Origin: Solirubrobacteraceae bacterium
GTDB lineage: Bacteria; Actinomycetota; Thermoleophilia; Solirubrobacterales; Solirubrobacteraceae
DNA: 47,680 nucleotides
Reading direction: 5' to 3'
NCBI GenBank assembly: GCA_050015915.1
Contig: JBEKAM010000001.1
Span: forward strand, 1 to 47,680
The position numbers were made by a program, and so were the translations under genes. The notes beneath the pieces were generated by a model that was not told where the DNA came from, did no database searches, and was given only the letters and a program-made list of their open reading frames with translations. Below, one piece after another: positions 37,240-47,044 of this stretch (position 1 is its first letter; each line of letters starts with the position of its first letter).

Positions 37240-38775
37240 ATGACCGGCCGCGTCTACCTAGTCGGCGCGGGGCCCGGCGACCCCGGCCTGTTGACCGCCC
37301 GCGCACTGGAGCTGATCGCCACCGCGGACGTGATCTTGTATGACCGGCTGATCCCGAGCGCGGCGCTCGACGGCGCGCGTGCGGACGCCGAGCTGCTGTT
37401 TGTGGGCAAGGAGGGCGGCGGGCCGTCGGTGCCACAGGAGCAGACCGAAGCGCTGCTGGTCGAGCGCGCCCTCGACGGCAAGACGGTCGTGCGCCTGAAG
37501 GGCGGCGATCCGTTCGTATTTGGCCGCGGCGGCGAGGAGGCGCTGGCGCTGCGCGACGCCGGTATCGAGTTCGAGATCGTGCCGGGTGTAACCGCGGGGA
37601 TCGCAGCGAGCGCATACGCCGGCATTCCCGTGACCCATCGCGGCCTGTCCACCGCGGTCGCGCTCGTCACCGGCCACACCCAGGCCGGCCCCGGCGACTC
37701 CGGCGAGGGGGAGCAGGCCGCGGTCGACTGGCCCGCGCTGGCCGCCTTCCCGGGGACGCTCGTGCTGTACATGGGCGTCCGCCAGCTGCCCCACATCGCA
37801 GCCTCACTGATCGCCGCCGGCCGCCCCGGCTCGCAGCCCGCCGCCGTCGTGGAAGCAGGGACGCTACCCACACAACGCACCGTCACGGGAACGCTCGCCA
37901 CGATCGCCGAGGTTGCACGCGAGCAGAACGTGCGCCCCCCCTCGATCACCGTAATCGGGCCCGTCGCAGCACTCGCTGAGGAGATCTCCTGGCTCGCCCC
38001 GCGGCCGCTCCGCGGCCTGAGCGTCGCCGTCACACGCGCCCGCGCCCAAGCAAGCGGCCTCGCACGCCAGCTGCAAGCACTCGGCGCCAATGTCGTGCAA
38101 GCGCCCGTCATCCGCGTCCAGCCCCTGTCCGATCCCGCCCAGCCGACGCTCGACCCCTCGCCGTATGACCTCATCTGCCTCGCCAGCCCCAACGCCGTCT
38201 CAGCGCTGTTCGAACGTCTCGATGACGGGATCCACCCGCCGGGAGACGCCCGCTCGCTCGCCGCCACCAAGATCGCCGCGATCGGCCCCGGCACCGCCCG
38301 TGCACTGGCTGAGCACGGCGTCATCGCCGACGTGCTGCCCGAGCGCTTCGTCGCCGAGTCACTCGTGGGGGCACTCGCCGAGATCCCCGTCAAGCGAGCG
38401 CTGATCGCGCGGGCGCGCGAGGCGCGCGATGTACTTCCAGACGCGCTGCGCGCGCGGGGTGCCGACGTGGACGTGGTGGCGCTATATGAGACCGTCGCCG
38501 AGCCGCTCACCGAGCAGACCCTGCAGGCCGTCAAAGCAGCCGACTACATCACCTTCACCTCATCCTCCACCGTGCGCTTCTTCCTACAAGCCAGCGGCGG
38601 CGCCAAGGTGCCGTTGGATCCGAGCACGCGAATCGTCTCAATCGGTCCCGTCACCAGCCAAACCCTGCGCGAGCACGGTCTGGAGCCCCACGTCGAGGCC
38701 AATCCGTACGACGTCGAGGGTATGATCGCCGCCCTGCTCGCCGATGTGGCGTCCCGGGCAAGCGATGGCCGATAG
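37240..38775 (+). CDS. cobA: Uroporphyrinogen-III C-methyltransferase / synthase fusion (CobA-HemD)
   Basis: VGAGPGDPGLLT, RLKGGDPFVFGRGGEE, VTRARAQA, AIGPGT, FTSSSTV. Confidence 0.95.
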   Translation: MTGRVYLVGAGPGDPGLLTARALELIATADVILYDRLIPSAALDGARADAELLFVGKEGGGPSVPQEQTEALLVERALDGKTVVRLKGGDPFVFGRGGEEALALRDAGIEFEIVPGVTAGIAASAYAGIPVTHRGLSTAVALVTGHTQAGPGDSGEGEQAAVDWPALAAFPGTLVLYMGVRQLPHIAASLIAAGRPGSQPAAVVEAGTLPTQRTVTGTLATIAEVAREQNVRPPSITVIGPVAALAEEISWLAPRPLRGLSVAVTRARAQASGLARQLQALGANVVQAPVIRVQPLSDPAQPTLDPSPYDLICLASPNAVSALFERLDDGIHPPGDARSLAATKIAAIGPGTARALAEHGVIADVLPERFVAESLVGALAEIPVKRALIARAREARDVLPDALRARGADVDVVALYETVAEPLTEQTLQAVKAADYITFTSSSTVRFFLQASGGAKVPLDPSTRIVSIGPVTSQTLREHGLEPHVEANPYDVEGMIAALLADVASRASDGR

Positions 38776-39592
38776 AGCGCTCTCACCCGTCATCACGTTC
38801 CTCTCCGACTACGGCCTGCTGGACGAGTTCGTCGGCGTCTGCCACGGCGTCATGGCCCGTCGCTGCCCCAGCTCGAGGGTGATCGACCTGACCCACTCGA
38901 TCCCCCGCCACGACGTGCGCTCGGGGGCGATCGTGCTGCGCTCCGCCCTGCCGTTCCTCCCCGCTGGTGTGCATTTGGCGATCGTCGACCCGGGCGTCGG
39001 CAGGGTCGCACGCCGCGCCATCGCGATCCGCACCGTCGATCACGACCACCTGCTCGTGGGTCCCGACAACGGCCTGCTGATGCCCGCCGCGGAGCGCCTC
39101 GCGGGAGTGGCCGAAGCGGTCGACATCGGCGAGTCGCGCGAGCGCCTCGAGCCAGTGTCACGCACGTTCCACGGACGCGACATCTTCGCGCCCGTAGCCG
39201 CCGCACTCGCCGCCGGTGAGCCCCTCCTAAATGTCGGCGAGCCGCTCGAGGTCTCCCAGCTCAGGCGCATCGGCCTGCCCTCGGCGCAACTCGACGGCGG
39301 CGTGCTCACCGTGCACGTGCTGCGCGGTGACACGTTCGGAAACCTGATTCTCGACGCCACCAACGAGCAGCTGCTCGCGCTGGGCGCCATGCCCGGAGAT
39401 GTCCTCACGTTGAGCCACGCGGGCGCCGTGCGCAAAGTCCGCTACGCGGCCACGTTCGCCGAGGTGACCCCGGGGGAGCTGCTGATATACGAGGACGCCA
39501 CCCGCATGGTTGCCCTCGCCGTCAACCGCGGCTCAGCAGCCGAGATGCTGGGCGCCGGCGCCGACGACGAGCTGACGGTGCACCTCGCGTGA
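38765..39592 (+). CDS. SAM hydroxide adenosyltransferase (chlorinase/fluorinase family)
   Basis: ITFLSDYG, DLTH, VDPGVG, GPDNG, TFHGRDIFAP, DTFGN. Confidence 0.92.
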   Translation: MADRALSPVITFLSDYGLLDEFVGVCHGVMARRCPSSRVIDLTHSIPRHDVRSGAIVLRSALPFLPAGVHLAIVDPGVGRVARRAIAIRTVDHDHLLVGPDNGLLMPAAERLAGVAEAVDIGESRERLEPVSRTFHGRDIFAPVAAALAAGEPLLNVGEPLEVSQLRRIGLPSAQLDGGVLTVHVLRGDTFGNLILDATNEQLLALGAMPGDVLTLSHAGAVRKVRYAATFAEVTPGELLIYEDATRMVALAVNRGSAAEMLGAGADDELTVHLA

Positions 39593-40425
39593 GCGGCGCC
39601 CAGCCGCCGCCAGCCGCACACACCCACACCGCGCTCGGGCATCCGCGCGTACACCTACGGAGCACAGACTCCACCAACGAGCGCGCCAGAGAGCTCGCCA
39701 TCGCCGGCGCCCCCCACGGCACGCTCGTTACAGCGGCCGAGCAAACCGCCGGGCGCGGACGGCAAGGTCGGCGCTGGTCGGCGCCCGCCGGGAGCGCCGT
39801 GCTGATGTCACTGCTGCTGCGTGAGCCACCCGAACTACTTCCGCTGATGGCCGCCGTCGCCGTCTGCGACGCCGCCGGCGAGCACGCGCTCATCAAGTGG
39901 CCCAACGATGTCGTCCTCGATACCCGCAACATCGATGGTGCCGGCCCTGCGGCAAAGAGCCATGAAACCGGCGAGACGCAAGGCGCTCCCCTCGCGAAGC
40001 TCGCTGGCATCCTCGTCGAGGCGCGCCCACAGCAGCGCTGGGCCGTGCTCGGAATCGGGCTCAACGTGGCCGTGCGCCTGGAGGATCTGCCTGCCGAGCT
40101 ACGCCCCGGCGGCGCTCAGTTGCCAGGCGAGGGCTCGGGTCTGCCTGCTGCGACGCTCGGCCTGGCACCCGCCGAGGTCGAGCTCGTGCTCGCGCGCCTG
40201 ATCCAGGCACTCGAGCGCCGGCTCGCTGACGACGCAGCCACAGTGCTCGCTGCCTGGCGCGCCAAAGACGCGCTGCGCGGCCGCGAGATCGCGTGGTCGC
40301 AGGGAAACGGGCGGGCCGATGGCATCGACGGGACCGGGCGACTTATGGTCGCCCTCGCCGACGGCGGCTCGACTACGCTCGGCTCAGGCGAGGTTCACCT
40401 GCTGGAGATTGGCGAGCGACGCTAA
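39589..40425 (+). CDS. birA: Biotin--protein ligase
   Basis: STDSTN, QTAGRGRQGRRW, IKWPND, KLAGILVE, GIGLNV. Confidence 0.93.
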   Translation: MSGAQPPPAAHTHTALGHPRVHLRSTDSTNERARELAIAGAPHGTLVTAAEQTAGRGRQGRRWSAPAGSAVLMSLLLREPPELLPLMAAVAVCDAAGEHALIKWPNDVVLDTRNIDGAGPAAKSHETGETQGAPLAKLAGILVEARPQQRWAVLGIGLNVAVRLEDLPAELRPGGAQLPGEGSGLPAATLGLAPAEVELVLARLIQALERRLADDAATVLAAWRAKDALRGREIAWSQGNGRADGIDGTGRLMVALADGGSTTLGSGEVHLLEIGERR

Positions 40426-40446
40426 GAGACGCGGCGAGAGCGCCTA

Positions 40447-43230
40447 CTACGCGGGGTTGTGGTCGAGCGCCTCGCGCACGTCGCGACGCAGCTCCCTGTC
40501 CACAGCAGCCGCCTGTGCCTGCTGCTGCGCCGGTGTCTTTGCCGTCTCAGCCTTCGCCTGCCCGAGCTGCGTATCGCTTGTCGCACCGTTACCCGCGCCA
40601 CCACCGGTGCCCTTGCCTTTGCGTCTGCGGCGGGCGTTGCGCGCGCGGCGTTTGGGGAAGTTGCGCAACAGCTCCCGTGCCAGCGCCGGCGGCTTGCGCG
40701 CCATCCGCGTGCGTGCGCCGCGCAGCGCCTCCTCCGCCTCCGGCGTGTGCGCCAGCGCAGCCGCCAGCAGCGCCGCCGCCAGGCGCCGGTCCTGCTTGCG
40801 CGCCGCGTGAATCAACCGCCGCGCGTTGCGCGCGTGCGCGCCGCCCGCCGAGTTCACCAGCAGGCCCAGCAGGCGCTTTGTCTCCGGCCAGCGCTGCACC
40901 GCGTACTCCTCGTGCACGTCGCGCGTGTACTCCGCCAGGCGCCAGATCCACGCTGTGGCCTGGTCGCGGCGGCCGATACGCCGCTCCACCAGCGCCCGCA
41001 ACATGATCTTCGTCGCCTCCTTGCGCTCCTCCCGCGGCCAGCCGCCGATGATGTCGATCGCCTCGTCAAACGCGTCCGGGTCACGCAGCGCCGCGATGTC
41101 CGTCAGCGCGCGCAGGCGCAGCTGCGAGCTCTTATTGCGCTTCACAGCCGTGATCAAAAAGCGGCTCTTCAGCTCCCCCGTGCGATCAAAGTGCAGCATC
41201 GCGCGCGCCCGGCGCCAGCCATTCGGCGCCACTCGTGCGCCGGCAAGCGCCGCCCACAGGTGCTGCTCGCCGTAGTCCAGGTGCTCCACAGCGATGCGCC
41301 ACAGCTCGCGCTCGAACACCTGAAAGCGACGCTCCTCCTCCGCGCACACCGGCAGCACTCGGCGCTCCACCCGCATCCTGCGCCCACGCCCACGCCGCAC
41401 CGGACCCACCACGATCGCTCCCCCCCTATAAACATCCCTATCCAGCAGCGAGTGGAGCGTCACCACCGGGTCGTCGTGCTTGGTCGCCGGATGCACGAAG
41501 TCAACAACCAGGCCAGCCTCCTTGCCCGGGTGCCGGCGAGTCACGCGGCCGACGCGCTGCTGATAGATACGCTTGGACGCCGTCGGCGCCAGGTGCACAC
41601 ACACCGTCGCCCGCGGGCTGTTCCAGCCCTCAGCAAGCAGCTGCGCGTTGATCAGCACATCGATATCGCCGCGCTCATAGCGCGCCAGGATCTCCACCAG
41701 CTCACGCTTGGGCGTCTCCCCTGACACGCCTTCCGCCTTGATGCCCTCCGCCCGGAACGCTTCCGCGAGGTTGTAAGCGTGGCGCACGCCCGCCGCATAC
41801 ACCACTCCAGGAACGCCGTTGAAGCGGGTTTTGTACAGGTTCGCCACAGCCACGTTGAACGGCTGCTGGTCGAGCAGTTTCGCCAGCTCGTCCTGGTCGA
41901 ACTCCGTGTCCACCTCGCCCCTGCGCAGCGGCACCTTTGCGATCGTGCGCACGCCCACGCCCGGTGAGATGCGCACGCAGCGAAGCGGCGCGATCACCCC
42001 CCGCCGCGCGGCCTGCGCGAGATCGAAGCGCGAGGTCTGCGTCGGGAACAGATCCGTCACGTGGCGTGCGATCAGCGCACCCGTCGCCGTCATGCCGATG
42101 AAGATCGGGCCCGTCCACTCGCGGATCGCGCCGCTCGTCTTCTCCCCCAGCGCCGTGTGCGCCTCGTCGCAGATCACGATCGTGTACGCGCTCGAGATCT
42201 TGCCCGCGTTGCGTACGAACCACTGGTACGTCTCAACCGTCACCGGGCCCTTCACCGAGTCCTCGCCCTTCAGCAGCGGACGGCTGATGCGCTTGGAGTA
42301 GCCGCGGTCGCGCAGCTCGCCCAGGAACTGGTCCACCAGGTTGCGCCGGTGCGTGAGGATCAGCACCCCGCCCGTGTGCGTTGCCTCCACAAAGCCCAGC
42401 GCCGCCACCGTCTTGCCAGCACCCGTCGCGTGCTCGAACCAGAAGCGCTTGGCCGCGTTTGGGTCCTCCGGCTGATCGGCAAGCGACTCCTCTTCCTCCT
42501 CGTCCTCGTCCACCCAGTCGCGTGGCTCCTCCTCGGACTCGCTCTCCTGCTCCAGCTCCTCCTCGTCCTCGTCCTCGTCATCCTCGGCGGGCTCGTCCTC
42601 ATCGTCGTCATCCTCGTCCTCATCCGGCGCCGCCCGCTGAACAGGCCCGAGGTCGTCGTCCTCGTCGTCCTCGTCCTCCTCGTCGTCGTCCTCGTCCTCC
42701 TCGTCCTCATCCTCGTCCTGTGCGTCGCGTGGGCGCTCTGCCGCGCCAGCGGACGCGGAGCCGTCGCCGCTGGCCGTCGCAGCGCCGTCAGGGCCGAGGA
42801 TGTCAGCCGAAGCAAGCAACTCGGGGGATGCCGATGCGGCGCCACGACTGTTGCCATTCGCAGTTGTCCGCTGTTGCTCCTCGGCAAGCAGCGCAGTGAG
42901 GGTGCCCGACAGCGCATCCACCTGGTGTGCCGAGAGCACTGTGCCGTCCTCGAGCTTCGGCTCCTCCTCTGAGAGCAGCCGCTCCAGCCCCAGTAGCAGC
43001 GAGAACTCGCGCCGCCAGGCCGTCGACGGGTTTTTGATCTTCGGATCCGCCTTCAGCTCGGCCAGCGCCTGATCCAGCGCGCGCCTACGCGGCGTGCCTG
43101 GCGCCAACGCGACCTCGGGCACCTCGCCCTCGTGCAGGAAGCGCTCGCGCACGAACTTCTCCGCGCGCTTGATATCGGCGGAACTGGGAATGGTCGCGGC
43201 CGCGAGGGCCACTGAGGTGGGCTCGGCCAT
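40447..43230 (-). CDS. SF2 DEAD/DEAH-box helicase with a long acidic insertion and helical C-terminal domain
   Basis: HQVDAL Q motif, ATGAGKT, DEAH, MTAT, LAEGWN, QRVGRVTR; start ATG 43230 (uncertain). Confidence 0.9.
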   Translation of the reverse strand: MAEPTSVALAAATIPSSADIKRAEKFVRERFLHEGEVPEVALAPGTPRRRALDQALAELKADPKIKNPSTAWRREFSLLLGLERLLSEEEPKLEDGTVLSAHQVDALSGTLTALLAEEQQRTTANGNSRGAASASPELLASADILGPDGAATASGDGSASAGAAERPRDAQDEDEDEEDEDDDEEDEDDEDDDLGPVQRAAPDEDEDDDDEDEPAEDDEDEDEEELEQESESEEEPRDWVDEDEEEEESLADQPEDPNAAKRFWFEHATGAGKTVAALGFVEATHTGGVLILTHRRNLVDQFLGELRDRGYSKRISRPLLKGEDSVKGPVTVETYQWFVRNAGKISSAYTIVICDEAHTALGEKTSGAIREWTGPIFIGMTATGALIARHVTDLFPTQTSRFDLAQAARRGVIAPLRCVRISPGVGVRTIAKVPLRRGEVDTEFDQDELAKLLDQQPFNVAVANLYKTRFNGVPGVVYAAGVRHAYNLAEAFRAEGIKAEGVSGETPKRELVEILARYERGDIDVLINAQLLAEGWNSPRATVCVHLAPTASKRIYQQRVGRVTRRHPGKEAGLVVDFVHPATKHDDPVVTLHSLLDRDVYRGGAIVVGPVRRGRGRRMRVERRVLPVCAEEERRFQVFERELWRIAVEHLDYGEQHLWAALAGARVAPNGWRRARAMLHFDRTGELKSRFLITAVKRNKSSQLRLRALTDIAALRDPDAFDEAIDIIGGWPREERKEATKIMLRALVERRIGRRDQATAWIWRLAEYTRDVHEEYAVQRWPETKRLLGLLVNSAGGAHARNARRLIHAARKQDRRLAAALLAAALAHTPEAEEALRGARTRMARKPPALARELLRNFPKRRARNARRRRKGKGTGGGAGNGATSDTQLGQAKAETAKTPAQQQAQAAAVDRELRRDVREALDHNPA
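42485..42718 (-). repeat. Low-complexity GAG/GAC/GAT tract encoding poly-Asp/Glu
   Basis: (TCC/TCG/TCA)n on the plus strand; DEDEDEEDEDDDEEDEDDEDDD etc. Confidence 0.85.
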
Positions 43231-43410
43231 AGAGGCTCTGGACTTCGAGACAGAGCCGCCGTCGAAGCTCAGCTTCGGTGCGGCTCGAAGGATTGATGCC
43301 CAACTGGCACCGTTCGCCGGGTGCTTCCGGCACCCCGGCATGACGTACAGGGAAGGATATAGCACGCGGAGCCTCGATTGAAGTGAACGCGATCTGACAC
43401 CCTTACGGCG

Positions 43411-43998
43411 ATGACCCCCAAGAGCCTGTCCATGACGCTCGCCGGCGTGGCCGTCCTGGCGGTGCTCGTCGTCGGTCTGCTGCAGCTGCACTCCTCGCCC
43501 GCGAGCGCACCCTCGACGCTCACCCTCGGGCAGATGCGCGCCCGGCTGACAGGCTCCCCGCCGAAGCTCGCCGCCCTGCACGCGCAAGCCAACGAGCTCC
43601 TCCCCGGGGGCCTGCCCGCGCTACGCGCACGCCTCACGACGCTACGCGGGACACCCGTGGTGATCAACAAGTGGGCGTCCTGGTGCGAACCGTGCCGCGA
43701 GGAGTTCGGCGTCTTCCAACGCGTTTCTGTCTCCCGCGGACACCAGGTGGCTTTCATCGGCATCGACTCCGGCGACAGCAGCCGCGCCAACGCACTGACA
43801 TTCCTGCGCTCGTTCCCCGTGAGCTACCCCAGCTACTACGATCAGAGCGGCGCGATGGGCACGGCCATCACCGACTCCGCGAACACGCCTGTGACCGTCT
43901 TCTACAACGGTCGCGGCGGTGTGTTCATCCACCAAGGGCCATACCCGAGCGTTGCCAAGCTCGAACGCGACATCGAGCGCTACGCATTGGACGCCTGA
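43411..43998 (+). CDS. TlpA/ResA-like membrane-anchored thiol-disulfide reductase
   Basis: TM anchor, PVVINKWASWCEPCREE, TPVTVF. Confidence 0.9.
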   Translation: MTPKSLSMTLAGVAVLAVLVVGLLQLHSSPASAPSTLTLGQMRARLTGSPPKLAALHAQANELLPGGLPALRARLTTLRGTPVVINKWASWCEPCREEFGVFQRVSVSRGHQVAFIGIDSGDSSRANALTFLRSFPVSYPSYYDQSGAMGTAITDSANTPVTVFYNGRGGVFIHQGPYPSVAKLERDIERYALDA

Positions 43999-44001
43999 GC
44001 A

Positions 44002-45018
44002 TTGCCAGAACTGCGAATCGACCCCCTCAGCGGACATCGCACGATCGTCGCCGGCGAGCGCTCGCGGCGGCCAGGTGGCGAGCCCCGCTGCGAGCCACCG
44101 CAAGCGATCGACCCCCAGCAGGACCCATTCGCCGAGGGCCACGAGGACCGCACGCCGCCAGAGCTCTACGCGGTGCGTCCCGGCGGCGGACCCGCCAACT
44201 CGCCTGGATGGCAGGTACGGGTGGTGCCCAATCTCTATCCCGCGCTGTCGCCGCGAGGCAGTGACGAGGAGCGCAGTCAGGGCGCTGTAGGCGCCGAGCC
44301 AACCGACGTCCGCGGCCAGCCACAGCTGTTCACATCGCTGCCCGCCACCGGCGCGCACGAGGTGATCATCAACGGGCCCCAGTCAGTGCTGTCGCTGGCG
44401 CAGCTCCCCGTCGAGCAGGTGGTGGCCGCCGTGGAGGTGTGGCGTGAGCGGATGCGCGCCCATGCCTCAAGCGCCTACCTGCAGTTGATCGTCAACGAGC
44501 GCCGCGAGGCAGGCGCCTCGCTGCCCCACACCCACGCCCAGCTTTATGCGCTGGATTTCGTGCCCAGCACCGTCGCCCGTGAGCGCGAGCGCGCGAGCGC
44601 CCACACCACCCGAACCATGGGTCAAAGCCTGCTCGGCGATCTCGTCGCCGAGGAGGTCCGCCGCCGTGAGCGGATCGTGGCGATCGACGAGGAGGCTGTG
44701 CTGATGGCGCCGTTCGCCTCACGGCTGCCCTTCCAGCTGATGCTCGCACCGCGCACGCCGCGGGCGCGCTTCGAGGACGCGGGGCCCTCCGGTGCGGCGC
44801 TGCTCCACGACGGCCTCTGCCGACTCGCCCGCCACCTCGGATCGAGCCCGCCGCTAAACCTGTGGGTGCGTACCGCACCACTCGGCGCTGAGGACTTCTG
44901 CTGGCGCATCGACGTGCTCCCACGCCTCACCCACCTCGCCGGCCTCGAGCTCTCCACCGACGTGAACCTCAACATCGTCGCGCCCGAGGACGCAGCGGCG
45001 GCGCTCCGCGACGCGTAG
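44002..45018 (+). CDS. galT: Galactose-1-phosphate uridylyltransferase family (HIT) protein
   Basis: ELRIDPL, DPFAEGHE, RVVPNLYPAL, GAHEVII, GASLPHTHAQ. Confidence 0.85.
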   Translation: MPELRIDPLSGHRTIVAGERSRRPGGEPRCEPPQAIDPQQDPFAEGHEDRTPPELYAVRPGGGPANSPGWQVRVVPNLYPALSPRGSDEERSQGAVGAEPTDVRGQPQLFTSLPATGAHEVIINGPQSVLSLAQLPVEQVVAAVEVWRERMRAHASSAYLQLIVNERREAGASLPHTHAQLYALDFVPSTVARERERASAHTTRTMGQSLLGDLVAEEVRRRERIVAIDEEAVLMAPFASRLPFQLMLAPRTPRARFEDAGPSGAALLHDGLCRLARHLGSSPPLNLWVRTAPLGAEDFCWRIDVLPRLTHLAGLELSTDVNLNIVAPEDAAAALRDA

Positions 45019-45031
45019 GCTCACCGGCGGC

Positions 45032-45700
45032 ATGCCACCAGAAGAACGCTTCGTACCACGCTTCGCCGCTGAGCCACCCCAGGAGGAGCTCCCCTACGGC
45101 CGCTGGGCTGAGCGCCTGCGCGAGGAGTTCCTCGCCGCCTCGCTGAATCTCGACGGCGACACGAGCGACCTCGGTGAGCCTGGCCAGATCGTGTGGTATC
45201 CCGATCGCAGCTGGCACGGGCACACCTACGTGCCCGGAACGGCGCAGACCTCAGGCGGATACGAGCTGTTCGGCTACGTCCGCTTCCGACCTGCGCTCGC
45301 GTCGTCCCCGGAGGGGGACAACGGTGAGCCCAGCGACTTCTCAGCGCATGTGGACTTCACCGACGAGACCGCCGAGCGCAACCCCGACTGGAAGCTCGAC
45401 CTGTGTGACGAGATCATCGGCTCCTGGCGCGGGACACTGGGAGCCGTGGCCACCATGACGCTCGTCTGGGGACGTCCGCTCGTCTCCGGCGGGCGCATCG
45501 TCACCGCCGAGCTCGCCGACCTCGCCGTCGACCAATGCGATCTGATCGACGATCTCTTCACGCTGATCGCCCCCGACGACTACCGCCACGATCTGCTCGA
45601 GATCAAGCTGTTCGACGTCAAGGGCCGTGAGCTCGCACGCGAGTCGCTGTATGCCGGCGATGAGGACGACGAGCAGGAGGACGAGACCGCGGCCGGTTGA
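45032..45700 (+). CDS. Acidic hypothetical protein
   Basis: 222-aa ORF with genome-like GC3 bias, 13 nt after galT. Confidence 0.75.
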   Translation: MPPEERFVPRFAAEPPQEELPYGRWAERLREEFLAASLNLDGDTSDLGEPGQIVWYPDRSWHGHTYVPGTAQTSGGYELFGYVRFRPALASSPEGDNGEPSDFSAHVDFTDETAERNPDWKLDLCDEIIGSWRGTLGAVATMTLVWGRPLVSGGRIVTAELADLAVDQCDLIDDLFTLIAPDDYRHDLLEIKLFDVKGRELARESLYAGDEDDEQEDETAAG

Positions 45701-45758
45701 CCGCGGTCCCTCCGCTTACGCGCCGGCACCCCGCCCGCGCACTTGGTCCCGAGAGACT

Positions 45759-46217
45759 CTAGGTGAGCTTGCAGGCGGCTATGTCTTTTGCCTTCTGCGC
45801 AGCAGGGATCGGCGATGCGCTGATCACTTCCACGCACACTTCTTTCGCCGCCGCGCGCGCACCCGCGAGGTTGCCCGCCTCCGCTTTGCTGCAGATGCCT
45901 TCGACCTTGCTCTTGGTACTCGCCGCAAGCGTCGGCTCGCGCGCGATGATCAATTTGCAGACCGCCACATACTCCTTCACGCCTGAAGCTTCCGCAGGGC
46001 TGATCGGTATCGCGGGGGTGGTTGCAGTCGTGGTGGTCGGTTTGCTCGGCGCCGCTGTAGACGTGGTGGCGGGCTTGGCCGCGGTGGTCGCTGTCGTCGC
46101 CGGCTCAGTCGTGGCGCTCGAGCTACTCGTGGTGGAGCTGCCGCTACTTCCGCAAGCGGCGAGAAGCGCTGAGCACAAAAGTGCGACGACGAGCAGTGCG
46201 GTACGCCTTCCGATCAT
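45759..46217 (-). CDS. Lipoprotein with a Ser/Thr-rich linker and a four-Cys C-terminal domain
   Basis: AAGGGGG RBS, LAAC lipobox from ATG 46217. Confidence 0.75.
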   Translation of the reverse strand: MIGRRTALLVVALLCSALLAACGSSGSSTTSSSSATTEPATTATTAAKPATTSTAAPSKPTTTTATTPAIPISPAEASGVKEYVAVCKLIIAREPTLAASTKSKVEGICSKAEAGNLAGARAAAKEVCVEVISASPIPAAQKAKDIAACKLT

Positions 46218-46381
46218 TGATTTCCCCCTTGGTTTGTGAGAGCACTCGCCAAACGCTGTTAAGACGGCCGGCAAACGCGAGATGCCAAGACTAGCCACGT
46301 TCGCGGATACGGCATAAAATTCAGGCGCGCTCCAGGCGCTCGACGTCACCGCCGGTAATCAGCTCGAAAGGGGATCCAACG

Positions 46382-47044
46382 GTGCCACAGGTTGCGGGAT
46401 ACAGAAGCGAAGGCATGTTCGGCTCGATCGACACCGTCGGCACAGCCGGTGTCTTCGGCCAGGTGATGGGGCTCGTCGCAGTAACGCTGTGCTTCTTCAC
46501 GCTCGGGTCCTATCTCGGGCGTGAAATCGCCGAGGGCGCGTCGATCGTCTGCTTCATCGGCGGTTTCATCTGCATCATCGGATTGAACGTCGCCCGCCGC
46601 TCGGAGAGCCTGTCGATCACGCTGCTGTTTGCCGCCGGCCTGCTCCTCGGCCTCGGCATGGGTGGCGTGCTGAACCGTTACGCCGAAGCAGAGCCCGACG
46701 CCGCGTGGCAGGCGGCCGCCGCCACCGCATTGTTCGTCGGCGGGCTCGGCACCGTCGGCTATGCGATCCGGCGAGACCTCTCCGGTGGATACCGAGCGCT
46801 GTTCTTCATGCTGCTCGCGCTGATCGTCTTCGGGCTCGTGACCGTATTCGTCTCCATCCCTGGCGGCAACGTGATCTATGCGCTGCTCGGCCTCGGCATC
46901 TTTGGCGCCTACACCGTGCTCGACTTCAATCGCATGCGCCGCGCCGGCGTGCAGGAAACAGTGCCGCTCGCTGCCGGGATCTTTCTTGATGTGGTCAACA
47001 TCTTCTTGTTCTTCCTGCGGCTTTTTGGTGGCGGGCGGGATTGA
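46382..47044 (+). CDS. Bax inhibitor-1 / YccA family membrane protein
   Basis: 7 TM helices, YTVLDFNR, GIFLDVVNIFLFFLRLF. Confidence 0.9.
   Translation: MPQVAGYRSEGMFGSIDTVGTAGVFGQVMGLVAVTLCFFTLGSYLGREIAEGASIVCFIGGFICIIGLNVARRSESLSITLLFAAGLLLGLGMGGVLNRYAEAEPDAAWQAAAATALFVGGLGTVGYAIRRDLSGGYRALFFMLLALIVFGLVTVFVSIPGGNVIYALLGLGIFGAYTVLDFNRMRRAGVQETVPLAAGIFLDVVNIFLFFLRLFGGGRD

Noticed and set aside
38765-39592. True fluorinase or chlorinase for halometabolite synthesis
   Set aside because: Keeps the FHGRD motif typical of SAM hydroxide adenosyltransferases and sits among housekeeping genes
42485-42718. Repeat tract as a possible CRISPR or satellite array
   Set aside because: In-frame Asp/Glu codons with no repeat-spacer structure; no CRISPR array or cas gene seen in the window
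40447-43230. Helicase as a type III restriction subunit
   Set aside because: No adjacent methyltransferase and no recognisable nuclease motif
46218-46381. Possible c-di-GMP riboswitch (GGCAAAC)
   Set aside because: The rest of the GEMM consensus is absent
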